Assembly (NCBI GenBank): GCA_950097015.1
Contig: CATNEN010000001.1
Location: 18,414,001-18,478,000, forward strand
Length of the DNA: 64,000 nucleotides
Direction: 5' to 3'
DNA from: Macrostomum hystrix
Taxonomy: Eukaryota; Animalia; Platyhelminthes
Both the position numbers and the translations under genes were made by a program. Below the pieces are notes generated by a model. It did no database searches and was not told the origin of the DNA. It saw only the letters and a list, made by a program, of their open reading frames with translations. How positions within the stretch are numbered: the stretch's first letter is position 1; each line of letters starts with the position of its first letter. Positions 1 to 16,400 of the stretch are shown piece by piece.

Positions 1-3000
1 CTACAACTACGACCACTCCCACAACGACTACTACGACGACACCAACGACAACAACCACGCCGTCGACCACTACCACAGCTTCAACAACAACACCATCGAC
101 TACAAGCACCACAACACCGTTAACTACTACCACTACGACAGCTTCTACTACAAGCACAACAACACCTTCAACTACAACCACCACAACACCAACAGCAACT
201 ACTACAACGACACCGACAACTACAACTACGACCACTCCCACAACGACTACTACGACGACACCAAAGACAACGACCACGCCAACGACTACTACCACAGCTT
301 CAACGACAACACCGACAAGCACAACTACCACACCGACAACAACGACGACTCCGACAACGACGACTTCAACAAGCACGAGTACTACTCCGACAACGACTAC
401 GTCAAGCACGACAACTAGCGCCACGACTACTGAAGTTGTGCTCGGAAAGTCGACAACTAGCATAGCGCGTTGCCTAGAGACCAATTTCATGGCTGACAGC
501 AGTGTAATCAGTCTGAGCGACATTTCAGTGAGCGCTTCCACACAGGGCATTGGTCTGATTCCGACTTCCGAATACGACCTGCTTCGTCCGACCAGCACTG
601 GACTGAATATTAACCGAGTCGCGACGCCGTCTTCAGCGACAGAAAGCATCCAGTTTGATTTCAATGTGAGCAACGACGATCTCAGCAACTCTATTATTGG
701 CCTGCTGTCCATCTCAACGACCAGTCCTGGATTCATTTCGTCGATTGAGTTAAAGTCTGCCCCAGACGCTGTGTCTCCATTCACATCGGTCAAGCTGGCC
801 GTGGGCGCCGCAGATGTGGCCAACTGCATGTTTGATTTCATCTCGTGCGCCTCTGTGAGCGGATTAGGTCTCCAGGCGTATCGAATCGCTCTAGTGTTCA
901 ACTTTACAAACACAGGCGGCAACCAGATCCCGATTCAAATCAACATGCTTGGCTGCTTCAACAAGCTCACAACATCATCAAGTACTACAACAACAACACC
1001 GACGACGACTACAACACCAACTACGACGACTGGAACAACGACAACTACGGCAACAACGACACCTCCCGGCATTTGCATTGATGTCGACGGTCTTGCTGAC
1101 GAGACCGTTATTCCCTTGTCGGAAATTAGCATTATCAATGGAACTCAGCTCGGCGGATATAACGCTTCAGAGCTCAACTACTTGCGTCTATCCTCGCCAG
1201 TGCCATTCAACCTCAACAGACCAACACCTTCTTCGTTTGCAAATCCTAACGAAAGCATCCTGATTGAAGTCAAGACTTCGGCTGGAAGTCCAGTAGCAAC
1301 AATTGTCGGAAGGATCCAGCTCGAATTCAACACCCCCGACATTCAAGCTGTGCGGCTCTACAATAAGCAGACTAACACACAAGTCACTTGGGACACCTAC
1401 TTCTTCTCTGGTGCAAACCTGACTACGTGCAAGTCAAACCTGCTGGCCTGCATTCCGCCCACACCGTCGACCATTAACTCGACCGTAATGCGCTTCGAAA
1501 TTTTCTACAACTCCGTCACGGATCGTAACTCAGTCGACATTCAAATTGGCATATACGGTTGCTTCCCAACGAAAACGACCCAGTCAACAACCACGACTTC
1601 GCCAACAACGACAACAACACCAACTACAACTACAACTACAACACCTACGACTACAACACCGTCAACTACAACACCGTCGACTACAAGAACAACAACACCT
1701 TTGACTACAAGCACTACAACCCCTTCGACTACAACCACCACAACAGCTTCGACTACAAGAACAACAACACCTTTGACTACAAGCACAACAACACCGTCAA
1801 CTACAACCACCACAACCCCATCAACAACTACAACAACGCCACCGACAACTACAACAACGACCTCTCCCACAACGACTACGACGACGACACCAACGACTAC
1901 AACCACGCCGTCGACCACTACCACAGCTTCAACAACAACACCGTCGACTACAAGCACTACAACCCCTTCGACTACAACCACCACAACAGCTTCGACTACA
2001 AGCACAACAACACCTTCAACTACAACCACCACAACACCAACAGCAACTACTACAACGACACCGACAACTACAACTACGACCACTCCCACAACGACTACTA
2101 CGACGACACCAACGACAACGACCACGCCAACGACCACTACCACAGCTTCAACGACAACACCGACAAGCACAACTACCACACCGACAACAACGACGACTCC
2201 GACAACGACGACTTCAACAAGCACGAGTACTACTCCGACAACGACTACGTCAAGCACGACAACTAGCGCCACGACTACTGAAGTTGTGCTCGGAAAGTCG
2301 ACAACTAGCATAGCGCGTTGCCTAGAGACCAATTTCATGGCTGACAGCAGTGTAATCAGTCTGAGCGACATTTCAGTGAGCGCTTCCACACAGGGCATTG
2401 GTCTGATTCCGACTTCCGAATACGACCTGCTTCGTCCGACCAGCACTGGACTGAATATTAACCGAGTCGCGACGCCGTCTTCAGCGACAGAAAGCATCCA
2501 GTTTGATTTCAATGTGAGCAACGACGATCTCAGCAACTCTATTATTGGCCTGCTGTCCATCTCAACGACCAGTCCTGGATTCATTTCGTCGATTGAGTTA
2601 AAGTCTGCCCCAGACGCTGTGTCTCCATTCACATCGGTCAAGCTGGCCGTGGGCGCCGCAGATGTGGCCAACTGCATGTTTGATTTCATCTCGTGCGCCT
2701 CTGTGAGCGGATTAGGTCTCCAGGCGTATCGAATCGCTCTAGTGTTCAACTTTACAAACACAGGCGGCAACCAGATCCCGATTCAAATCAACATGCTTGG
2801 CTGCTTCAACAAGCTCACAACATCATCAAGTACTACAACAACAACACCGACGACGACTACAACACCAACTACGACGACTGGAACAACGACAACTACGGCA
2901 ACAACGACACCTCCCGGCATTTGCATTGATGTCGACGGTCTTGCTGACGAGACCGTTATTCCCTTGTCGGAAATTAGCATTATCAATGGAACTCAGCTCG

Positions 3001-6000
3001 GCGGATATAACGCTTCAGAGCTCAACTACTTGCGTCTATCCTCGCCAGTGCCATTCAACCTCAACAGACCAACACCTTCTTCGTTTGCAAATCCTAACGA
3101 AAGCATCCTGATTGAAGTCAAGACTTCGGCTGGAAGTCCAGTAGCAACAATTGTCGGAAGGATCCAGCTCGAATTCAACACCCCCGACATTCAAGCTGTG
3201 CGGCTCTACAATAAGCAGACTAACACACAAGTCACTTGGGACACCTACTTCTTCTCTGGTGCAAACCTGACTACGTGCAAGTCAAACCTGCTGGCCTGCA
3301 TTCCGCCCACACCGTCGACCATTAACTCGACCGTAATGCGCTTCGAAATTTTCTACAACTCCGTCACGGATCGTAACTCAGTCGACATTCAAATTGGCAT
3401 ATACGGTTGCTTCCCAACGAAAACGACCCAGTCAACAACCACGACTTCGCCAACAACGACAACAACACCAACTACAACTACAACTACAACACCTACGACT
3501 ACATCACCGTCAACTACAACACCGTCGACTACAAGAACAACAACACCTTTGACTACAAGCACTACAACCCCTTCGACTACAACCACCACAACAGCTTCGA
3601 CTACAAGAACAACAACACCTTTGACTACAAGCACAACAACACCGTCAACTACAACCACCACAACCCCATCAACAACTACAACAACGCCACCGACAACTAC
3701 AACAACGACCTCTCCCACAACGACTACGACGACGACACCAACGACTACAACCACGCCGTCGACCACTACCACAGCTTCAACAACAACACCGTCGACTACA
3801 AGCACTACAACCCCTTCGACTACAACCACCACAACAGCTTCGACTACAAGCACAACAACACCGTCAACTACAACCACCACAACACCAACATCAACTACTA
3901 CAACGACACCGACAACTACAACTACGACCACTCCCACAACGACTACTACGACGACACCAACGACAACGACCACGCCAACGACCACTACCACAGCTTCAAC
4001 AACAACACCGTCGACTACAAGCACCACAACACCGTTAACTACTACCACTACGACAGCTTCGACTACAAGCACAACAACACCTTCAACTACAACCACCACA
4101 ACACCAACAGCAACTACTACAACGACACCGACAACTACAACTACGACCACTCCCACAACGACTACTACGACGACACCAACGACAACGACCACGCCAACGA
4201 CCACTACCACAGCTTCAACGACAACACCGACAAGCACAACTACCACACCGACAACAACGACGACTCCGACAACGACGACTTCAACAAGCACGAGTACTAC
4301 TCCGACAACGACTACGTCAAGCACGACAACTAGCGCCACGACTACTGAAGTTGTGCTCGGAAAGTCGACAACTAGCATAGCGCGTTGCCTAGAGACCAAT
4401 TTCATGGCTGACAGCAGTGTAATCAGTCTGAGCGACATTTCAGTGAGCGCTTCCACACAGGGCATTGGTCTGATTCCGACTTCCGAATACGACCTGCTTC
4501 GTCCGACCAGCACTGGACTGAATATTAACCGAGTCGCGACGCCGTCTTCAGCGACAGAAAGCATCCAGTTTGATTTCAATGTGAGCAACGACGATCTCAG
4601 CAACTCTATTATTGGCCTGCTGTCCATCTCAACGACCAGTCCTGGATTCATTTCGTCGATTGAGTTAAAGTCTGCCCCAGACGCTGTGTCTCCATTCACA
4701 TCGGTCAAGCTGGCCGTGGGCGCCGCAGATGTGGCCAACTGCATGTTTGATTTCATCTCGTGCGCCTCTGTGAGCGGATTAGGTCTCCAGGCGTATCGAA
4801 TCGCTCTAGTGTTCAACTTTACAAACACAGGCGGCAACCAGATCCCGATTCAAATCAACATGCTTGGCTGCTTCAACAAGCTCACAACATCATCAAGCAC
4901 TACAACAAAATTCACCACTTCAACACCGACGACAACGACACCTCCCGGCATTTGCATTGATGTCGACGGTCTTGCTGACGAGACCGTTATTCCCTTGTCG
5001 GAAATTAGCATTATCAATGGAACTCAGCTCGGCGGATATAACGCTTCAGAGCTCAACTACTTGCGTCTATCCTCGCCAGTGCCATTCAACCTCAACAGAC
5101 CAACACCTTCTTCGTTTGCAAATCCTAACGAAAGCATCCTGATTGAAGTCAAGACTTCGGCTGGAAGTCCAGTAGCAACAATTGTCGGAAGGATCCAGCT
5201 CGAATTCAACACCCCCGACATTCAAGCTGTGCGGCTCTACAATAAGCAGACTAACACACAAGTCACTTGGGACACCTACTTCTTCTCTGGTGCAAACCTG
5301 ACTACGTGCAAGTCAAACCTGCTGGCCTGCATTCCGCCCACACCGTCGACCATTAACTCGACCGTAATGCGCTTCGAAATTTTCTACATCTCCGTCACGG
5401 ATCGTAACTCAGTCGACATTCAAATTGGCATATACGGTTGCTTCCCAACGAAAACGACCCAGTCAACAACCACGACTTCGCCAACAACGACAACAACACC
5501 AACTACAACTACAACTACAACACCTACAACGACTACAACACCGTCAACTACAACACCGTCGACTACAAGCATTACAACCACTTCGACTACAACCACCACA
5601 ACAGCTTCGACTACAAGAACAACAACACCTTTGACTACAAGCACTACAACCCCTTCGACTACAAGCACAACAACACCTTCGACTACAAGCACAACAACAC
5701 CCACAACAACTACAACTACGACCACTCCCACAACGACTTCGACGACGACACCAACGACTACAACCACGCCAACGACCACTACCACAGCTTCAACAACAAC
5801 ACCGTCGACTACAAGCACTACAACCCCTTCGACTACAACCACCACAACAGCTTCGACTACAAGCACAACAACACCGTCAACTGCAACCACCACAACACCC
5901 ACAACAACTACGACTACGACCACTCCCACAACGACTACGACGACGACACCAACGACAACAACCACGCCGTCAACCACTACCACAGCTTCAACAACAACAG

Positions 6001-9000
6001 CGTCAACTACAACCACAACACCGTTAACTACAACCACCACAACAGCTTCGACTACAAGCACAACAACACCGTCAACTACAACCACCACAACACCAACAGC
6101 AACTACTACAACGACACCGACAACTACAACTACGTCCAATCCCACAACGACTTCTACGACGAAACCAACAACAACGACCACGCCATCGTCCACTACCACA
6201 GCTTCAACAACAACACCGTCGTCTACAAGCACTACAACCCCTTCGACTGCAACCACCACGACAGCTTCGACTACAAGCACAACAACACCGTCAACTACAA
6301 CCACCACAACACCAACAGCAACTACTACAACGACACCGACAACTACAACTACGACCACTCCCACAACGACTTCGACGACGACACCAACGACTACAACCAC
6401 GCCGTCGACCACTACCACAGCTTCAACAACAACACCGTCGACTACAAGCACTACAACCCCTTCGACTACAACCACCACAACAGCTTCGACTACAAGAACA
6501 ACAACACCTTTGACTACAACCACCACAACACCAACGACAACTACAACTACGACCACTCCCACAACGACTACGACGACGACACCAACGACAACAACCACGC
6601 CGTCAACCACTACTACAGCTTCAACAACAACACCGTCGTCTACAAGCACCACAACTCCGTCAAGTACTACCAGCACGACAGCTTCGACTACAAGCACAAC
6701 AACACCGTCAACTACAACCACCACAACACCAACAGCAACTACTACAACGATACCGACAACTACAACTACGACCACTCCCACAACGACTACTACGACGACA
6801 CCAACGACTACAACCACGCCGTCGACCACTACCACAGCTTCAACAACAACACCGTCGACTACAAGCACCACAACACCGTTAACTACTACCACCACGACAG
6901 CTTCTACTACAAGCACAACAACACCTTCAACTACAACCACCACAACACCAACAGCAACTACTACAACGACACCGACAACTACAACTACGACCACTCCCAC
7001 AACGACTACGACGACGACACCAACGACAACGACCACGCCAACGACCACTACCACAGCTTCAACAACAACACCGACAAGCACAACTACCACACCGACAACA
7101 ACGACGACTCCGACAACGACGACTTCAACAAGCACGAGTACTACTCCGACAACGACTACGTCAAGCACGACAACTAGCGCCACGACTACTGAAGTTGTGC
7201 TCGGAAAGTCGACAACTAGCATAGCGCGTTGCCTAGAGACCAATTTCATGGCTGACAGCAGTGTAATCAGTCTGAGCGACATTTCAGTGAGCGCTTCCAC
7301 ACAGGGCATTGGTCTGATTCCGACTTCCGAATACGACCTGCTTCGTCCGACCAGCACTGGACTGAATATTAACCGAGTCGCGACGCCGTCTTCAGCGACA
7401 GAAAGCATCCAGTTTGATTTCAATGTGAGCAACGACGATCTCAGCAACTCTATTATTGGCCTGCTGTCCATCTCAACGACCAGTCCTGGATTCATTTCGT
7501 CGATTGAGTTAAAGTCTGCCCCAGACGCTGTGTCTCCATTCACATCGGTCAAGCTGGCCGTGGGCGCCGCAGATGTGGCCAACTGCATGTTTGATTTCAT
7601 CTCGTGCGCCTCTGTGAGCGGATTAGGTCTCCAGGCGTATCGAATCGCTCTAGTGTTCAACTTTACAAACACAGGCGGCAACCAGATCCCGATTCAAATC
7701 AACATGCTTGGCTGCTTCAACAAGCTCACAACATCATCAAGTACTACAACAACAACACCGACGACGACTACAACACCAACTACGACGACTGGAACAACGA
7801 CAACTACGGCAACAACGACACCTCCCGGCATTTGCATTGATGTCGACGGTCTTGCTGACGAGACCGTTATTCCCTTGTCGGAAATTAGCATTATCAATGG
7901 AACTCAGCTCGGCGGATATAACGCTTCAGAGCTCAACTACTTGCGTCTATCCTCGCCAGTGCCATTCAACCTCAACAGACCAACACCTTCTTCGTTTGCA
8001 AATCCTAACGAAAGCATCCTGATTGAAGTCAAGACTTCGGCTGGAAGTCCAGTAGCAACAATTGTCGGAAGGATCCAGCTCGAATTCAACACCCCCGACA
8101 TTCAAGCTGTGCGGCTCTACAATAAGCAGACTAACACACAAGTCACTTGGGACACCTACTTCTTCTCTGGTGCAAACCTGACTACGTGCAAGTCAAACCT
8201 GCTGGCCTGCATTCCGCCCACACCGTCGACCATTAACTCGACCGTAATGCGCTTCGAAATTTTCTACAACTCCGTCACGGATCGTAACTCAGTCGACATT
8301 CAAATTGGCATATACGGTTGCTTCCCAACGAAAACGACCCAGTCAACAACCACGACTTCGCCAACAACGACAACAACACCAACTACAACTACAACTACAA
8401 CACCTACAACGACTACAACACCGTCAACTACAACACCGTCGACTACAAGCACTACAACCCCTTCGACTACAACCACCACAACAGCTTCGACTACAAGAAC
8501 AACAACCCCTTCGACTACAAGCACAACAACACCTTCGACTACAAGCACAACAACACCAACAACAACTACGACTACGACCACTCCCACAACGACTACTACG
8601 ACGACACCAACGACTACAACCACGCCGTCGACCACTACCACAGCTTCAACAACAACACCGTCGTCTACAAGCACTACAACCCCTTCGACTACAACCACCA
8701 CAACAGCTTCGACTACAAGCACAACAACACCGTCAACTACAACCACCACAACACCAACAAGAACTACAACTACGACCACTCCCACAACGACTACGACGAC
8801 GACACCAACGACTACAACCACGCCGTCGACCACTACCACAGCTTCAACAACAACACCGTCGACTACAAGCACTACAACCCCTTCGACTACAACCACCACA
8901 ACAGCTTCGACTACAAGAACAACAACACCTTTGACTACAACCACCACAACACCAACAACAACTACAACTACGACCACTCCCACAACGACTACGACGACGA

Positions 9001-12000
9001 CACCAACGACAACAACCACGCCGTCAACCACAACCACAGCTTCAACAACAACACCGTCGACTACAAGCACCACAACACCGTTAACTACTACCACCACGAC
9101 AGCTTCGACTACAAGCACAACAACACCGTCAACTACAGCCACCACAACACCAACAGCAACTACTACAACGACACCGACAACTACAACTACGACTACGACC
9201 ACTCCCAGAACGACTACTACGACGACACCAACGACTACAACCACGCCGTCGACCACTACCACAGCTTCAACAACAACACCGTCGTCTACAAGCACTACAA
9301 CCCCTTCGACTACAACCACCACAACAGCTTCGACTACAAGCACAACAACACCGTCAACTACAACCACCACAACACCAACAAGAACTACAACTACGACCAC
9401 TCCCACAACGACTACGACGACGACACCAACGACAACAACCACGCCGTCGACCACTACCACAGCTTCAACAACAACACCGTCGACTACAAGCACCACAACA
9501 CCGTTAACTACTACCACCACGACAGCTTCTACTACAAGCACAACAACACCTTCAACTACAACCACCACAACACCAACAGCAACTACTACAACGACACCGA
9601 CAACTACAACTACGACCACTCCCACAACGACTACTACGACGACACCAACGACAACGACCACGCCAACGACCACTACCACAGCTTCAACGACAACACCGAC
9701 AAGCACAACTACCACACCGACAACAACGACGACTCCGACAACGACGACTTCAACAAGCACGAGTACTACTCCGACAACGACTACGTCAAGCACGACAACT
9801 AGCGCCACGACTACTGAAGTTGTGCTCGGAAAGTCGACAACTAGCATAGCGCGTTGCCTAGAGACCAATTTCATGGCTGACAGCAGTGTAATCAGTCTGA
9901 GCGACATTTCAGTGAGCGCTTCCACACAGGGCATTGGTCTGATTCCGACTTCCGAATACGACCTGCTTCGTCCGACCAGCACTGGACTGAATATTAACCG
10001 AGTCGCGACGCCGTCTTCAGCGACAGAAAGCATCCAGTTTGATTTCAATGTGAGCAACGACGATCTCAGCAACTCTATTATTGGCCTGCTGTCCATCTCA
10101 ACGACCAGTCCTGGATTCATTTCGTCGATTGAGTTAAAGTCTGCCCCAGACGCTGTGTCTCCATTCACATCGGTCAAGCTGGCCGTGGGCGCCGCAGATG
10201 TGGCCAACTGCATGTTTGATTTCATCTCGTGCGCCTCTGTGAGCGGATTAGGTCTCCAGGCGTATCGAATCGCTCTAGTGTTCAACTTTACAAACACAGG
10301 CGGCAACCAGATCCCGATTCAAATCAACATGCTTGGCTGCTTCAACAAGCTCACAACATCATCAAGTACTACAACAACAACACCGACGACGACTACAACA
10401 CCAACTACGACGACTGGAACAACGACAACTACGGCAACAACGACACCTCCCGGCATTTGCATTGATGTCGACGGTCTTGCTGACGAGACCGTTATTCCCT
10501 TGTCGGAAATTAGCATTATCAATGGAACTCAGCTCGGCGGATATAACGCTTCAGAGCTCAACTACTTGCGTCTATCCTCGCCAGTGCCATTCAACCTCAA
10601 CAGACCAACACCTTCTTCGTTTGCAAATCCTAACGAAAGCATCCTGATTGAAGTCAAGACTTCGGCTGGAAGTCCAGTAGCAACAATTGTCGGAAGGATC
10701 CAGCTCGAATTCAACACCCCCGACATTCAAGCTGTGCGGCTCTACAATAAGCAGACTAACACACAAGTCACTTGGGACACCTACTTCTTCTCTGGTGCAA
10801 ACCTGACTACGTGCAAGTCAAACCTGCTGGCCTGCATTCCGCCCACACCGTCGACCATTAACTCGACCGTAATGCGCTTCGAAATTTTCTACAACTCCGT
10901 CACGGATCGTAACTCAGTCGACATTCAAATTGGCATATACGGTTGCTTCCCAACGAAAACGACCCAGTCAACAACCACGACTTCGCCAACAACGACAACA
11001 ACACCAACTACAACTACAACTACAACACCTACAACGACTACAACACCGTCAACTACAACACCGTCGACTACAAGCACTACAACCCCTTCGACTACAACCA
11101 CCACAACAGCTTCGACTACAAGAACAACAACCCCTTCGACTACAAGCACAACAACACCTTCGACTACAAGCACAACAACACCAACAACAACTACGACTAC
11201 GACCACTCCCACAACGACTACTACGACGACACCAACGACTACAACCACGCCGTCGACCACTACCACAGCTTCAACAACAACACCGTCGTCTACAAGCACT
11301 ACAACCCCTTCGACTACAACCACCACAACAGCTTCGACTACAAGCACAACAACACCGTCAACTACAACCACCACAACACCAACAAGAACTACAACTACGA
11401 CCACTCCCACAACGACTACGACGACGACACCAACGACAACAACCACGCCGTCGACCACTACCACAGCTTCAACAACAACACCGTCGACTACAAGCACCAC
11501 AACACCGTTAACTACTACCACCACGACAGCTTCTACTACAAGCACAACAACACCTTCAACTACAACCACCACAACACCAACAGCAACTACTACAACGACA
11601 CCGACAACTACAACTACGACCACTCCCACAACGACTACTACGACGACACCAACGACAACAACCACGCCAACGACCACTACCACAGCTTCAACGACAACAC
11701 CGACAAGCACAACTACCACACCGACAACAACGACGACTCCGACAACGACGACTTCAACAAGCACGAGTACTACTCCGACAACGACTACGTCAAGCACGAC
11801 AACTAGCGCCACGACTACTGAAGTTGTGCTCGGAAAGTCGACAACTAGCATAGCGCGTTGCCTAGAGACCAATTTCATGGCTGACAGCAGTGTAATCAGT
11901 CTGAGCGACATTTCAGTGAGCGCTTCCACACAGGGCATTGGTCTGATTCCGACTTCCGAATACGACCTGCTTCGTCCGACCAGCACTGGACTGAATATTA

Positions 12001-15000
12001 ACCGAGTCGCGACGCCGTCTTCAGCGACAGAAAGCATCCAGTTTGATTTCAATGTGAGCAACGACGATCTCAGCAACTCTATTATTGGCCTGCTGTCCAT
12101 CTCAACGACCAGTCCTGGATTCATTTCGTCGATTGAGTTAAAGTCTGCCCCAGACGCTGTGTCTCCATTCACATCGGTCAAGCTGGCCGTGGGCGCCGCA
12201 GATGTGGCCAACTGCATGTTTGATTTCATCTCGTGCGCCTCTGTGAGCGGATTAGGTCTCCAGGCGTATCGAATCGCTCTAGTGTTCAACTTTACAAACA
12301 CAGGCGGCAACCAGATCCCGATTCAAATCAACATGCTTGGCTGCTTCAACAAGCTCACAACATCATCAAGTACTACAACAACAACACCGACGACGACTAC
12401 AACACCAACTACGACGACTGGAACAACGACAACTACGGCAACAACGACACCTCCCGGCATTTGCATTGATGTCGACGGTCTTGCTGACGAGACCGTTATT
12501 CCCTTGTCGGAAATTAGCATTATCAATGGAACTCAGCTCGGCGGATATAACGCTTCAGAGCTCAACTACTTGCGTCTATCCTCGCCAGTGCCATTCAACC
12601 TCAACAGACCAACACCTTCTTCGTTTGCAAATCCTAACGAAAGCATCCTGATTGAAGTCAAGACTTCGGCTGGAAGTCCAGTAGCAACAATTGTCGGAAG
12701 GATCCAGCTCGAATTCAACACCCCCGACATTCAAGCTGTGCGGCTCTACAATAAGCAGACTAACACACAAGTCACTTGGGACACCTACTTCTTCTCTGGT
12801 GCAAACCTGACTACGTGCAAGTCAAACCTGCTGGCCTGCATTCCGCCCACACCGTCGACCATTAACTCGACCGTAATGCGCTTCGAAATTTTCTACAACT
12901 CCGTCACGGATCGTAACTCAGTCGACATTCAAATTGGCATATACGGTTGCTTCCCAACGAAAACGACCCAGTCAACAACCACGACTTCGCCAACAACGAC
13001 AACAACACCAACTACAACTACAACTACAACACCTACAACGACTACAACACCGTCAACTACAACACCGTCGACTACAAGCACTACAACCCCTTCGACTACA
13101 ACCACCACAACAGCTTCGACTACAAGAACAACAACCCCTTCGACTACAAGCACAACAACACCTTCGACTACAAGCACAACAACACCAACAACAACTACGA
13201 CTACGACCACTCCCACAACGACTACTACGACGACACCAACGACTACAACCACGCCGTCGACCACTACCACAGCTTCAACAACAACACCGTCGTCTACAAG
13301 CACTACAACCCCTTCGACTACAACCACCACAACAGCTTCGACTACAAGCACAACAACACCGTCAACTACAACCACCACAACACCAACAAGAACTACAACT
13401 ACGACCACTCCCACAACGACTACGACGACGACACCAACGACAACAACCACGCCGTCGACCACTACCACAGCTTCAACAACAACACCGTCGACTACAAGCA
13501 CCACAACACCGTTAACTACTACCACCACGACAGCTTCTACTACAAGCACAACAACACCTTCAACTACAACCACCACAACACCAACAGCAACTACTACAAC
13601 GACACCGACAACTACAACTACGACCACTCCCACAACGACTACTACGACGACACCAACGACAACGACCACGCCAACGACCACTACCACAGCTTCAACGACA
13701 ACACCGACAAGCACAACTACCACACCGACAACAACGACGACTCCGACAACGACGACTTCAACAAGCACGAGTACTACTCCGACAACGACTACGTCAAGCA
13801 CGACAACTAGCGCCACGACTACTGAAGTTGTGCTCGGAAAGTCGACAACTAGCATAGCGCGTTGCCTAGAGACCAATTTCATGGCTGACAGCAGTGTAAT
13901 CAGTCTGAGCGACATTTCAGTGAGCGCTTCCACACAGGGCATTGGTCTGATTCCGACTTCCGAATACGACCTGCTTCGTCCGACCAGCACTGGACTGAAT
14001 ATTAACCGAGTCGCGACGCCGTCTTCAGCGACAGAAAGCATCCAGTTTGATTTCAATGTGAGCAACGACGATCTCAGCAACTCTATTATTGGCCTGCTGT
14101 CCATCTCAACGACCAGTCCTGGATTCATTTCGTCGATTGAGTTAAAGTCTGCCCCAGACGCTGTGTCTCCATTCACATCGGTCAAGCTGGCCGTGGGCGC
14201 CGCAGATGTGGCCAACTGCATGTTTGATTTCATCTCGTGCGCCTCTGTGAGCGGATTAGGTCTCCAGGCGTATCGAATCGCTCTAGTGTTCAACTTTACA
14301 AACACAGGCGGCAACCAGATCCCGATTCAAATCAACATGCTTGGCTGCTTCAACAAGCTCACAACATCATCAAGTACTACAACAACAACACCGACGACGA
14401 CTACAACACCAACTACGACGACTGGAACAACGACAACTACGGCAACAACGACACCTCCCGGCATTTGCATTGATGTCGACGGTCTTGCTGACGAGACCGT
14501 TATTCCCTTGTCGGAAATTAGCATTATCAATGGAACTCAGCTCGGCGGATATAACGCTTCAGAGCTCAACTACTTGCGTCTATCCTCGCCAGTGCCATTC
14601 AACCTCAACAGACCAACACCTTCTTCGTTTGCAAATCCTAACGAAAGCATCCTGATTGAAGTCAAGACTTCGGCTGGAAGTCCAGTAGCAACAATTGTCG
14701 GAAGGATCCAGCTCGAATTCAACACCCCCGACATTCAAGCTGTGCGGCTCTACAATAAGCAGACTAACACACAAGTCACTTGGGACACCTACTTCTTCTC
14801 TGGTGCAAACCTGACTACGTGCAAGTCAAACCTGCTGGCCTGCATTCCGCCCACACCGTCGACCATTAACTCGACCGTAATGCGCTTCGAAATTTTCTAC
14901 AACTCCGTCACGGATCGTAACTCAGTCGACATTCAAATTGGCATATACGGTTGCTTCCCAACGAAAACGACCCAGTCAACAACCACGACTTCGCCAACAA

Positions 15001-16400
15001 CGACAACAACACCAACTACAACTACAACTACAACACCTACAACGACTACAACACCGTCAACTACAACACCGTCGACTACAAGCACTACAACCCCTTCGAC
15101 TACAACCACCACAACAGCTTCGACTACAAGAACAACAACCCCTTCGACTACAAGCACAACAACACCTTCGACTACAAGCACAACAACACCAACAACAACT
15201 ACGACTACGACCACTCCCACAACGACTACTACGACGACACCAACGACTACAACCACGCCGTCGACCACTACCACAGCTTCAACAACAACACCGTCGTCTA
15301 CAAGCACTACAACCCCTTCGACTACAACCACCACAACAGCTTCGACTACAAGCACAACAACACCGTCAACTACAACCACCACAACACCAACAAGAACTAC
15401 AACTACGACCACTCCCACAACGACTACGACGACGACACCAACGACAACAACCACGCCGTCGACCACTACCACAGCTTCAACAACAACACCGTCGACTACA
15501 AGCACCACAACACCGTTAACTACTACCACCACGACAGCTTCTACTACAAGCACAACAACACCTTCAACTACAACCACCACAACACCAACAGCAACTACTA
15601 CAACGACACCGACAACTACAACTACGACCACTCCCACAACGACTACTACGACGACACCAACGACAACGACCACGCCAACGACCACTACCACAGCTTCAAC
15701 GACAACACCGACAAGCACAACTACCACACCGACAACAACGACGACTCCGACAACGACGACTTCAACAAGCACGAGTACTACTCCGACAACGACTACGTCA
15801 AGCACGACAACTAGCGCCACGACTACTGAAGTTGTGCTCGGAAAGTCGACAACTAGCATAGCGCGTTGCCTAGAGACCAATTTCATGGCTGACAGCAGTG
15901 TAATCAGTCTGAGCGACATTTCAGTGAGCGCTTCCACACAGGGCATTGGTCTGATTCCGACTTCCGAATACGACCTGCTTCGTCCGACCAGCACTGGACT
16001 GAATATTAACCGAGTCGCGACGCCGTCTTCAGCGACAGAAAGCATCCAGTTTGATTTCAATGTGAGCAACGACGATCTCAGCAACTCTATTATTGGCCTG
16101 CTGTCCATCTCAACGACCAGTCCTGGATTCATTTCGTCGATTGAGTTAAAGTCTGCCCCAGACGCTGTGTCTCCATTCACATCGGTCAAGCTGGCCGTGG
16201 GCGCCGCAGATGTGGCCAACTGCATGTTTGATTTCATCTCGTGCGCCTCTGTGAGCGGATTAGGTCTCCAGGCGTATCGAATCGCTCTAGTGTTCAACTT
16301 TACAAACACAGGCGGCAACCAGATCCCGATTCAAATCAACATGCTTGGCTGCTTCAACAAGCTCACAACATCATCAAGTACTACAACAACAACACTGACG
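1..16400 (+). repeat. Coding macro-repeat: [domain A - short Thr linker - domain B - long PTS tract] x7 plus a final domain A
   Basis: Domain A (CLETNF...MLGCF, 163 aa) starts at 471, 2319, 4386, 7230, 9855, 11859, 13863 and 15867. Domain B (CIDVDG...IYGCF, 164 aa) starts at 1074, 2922, 4953, 7833, 10458, 12462 and 14466. A-to-A periods are 1848, 2067, 2844, 2625, 2004, 2004 and 2004 bp. The length differences lie in the Thr-rich tracts. Confidence 0.97.
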
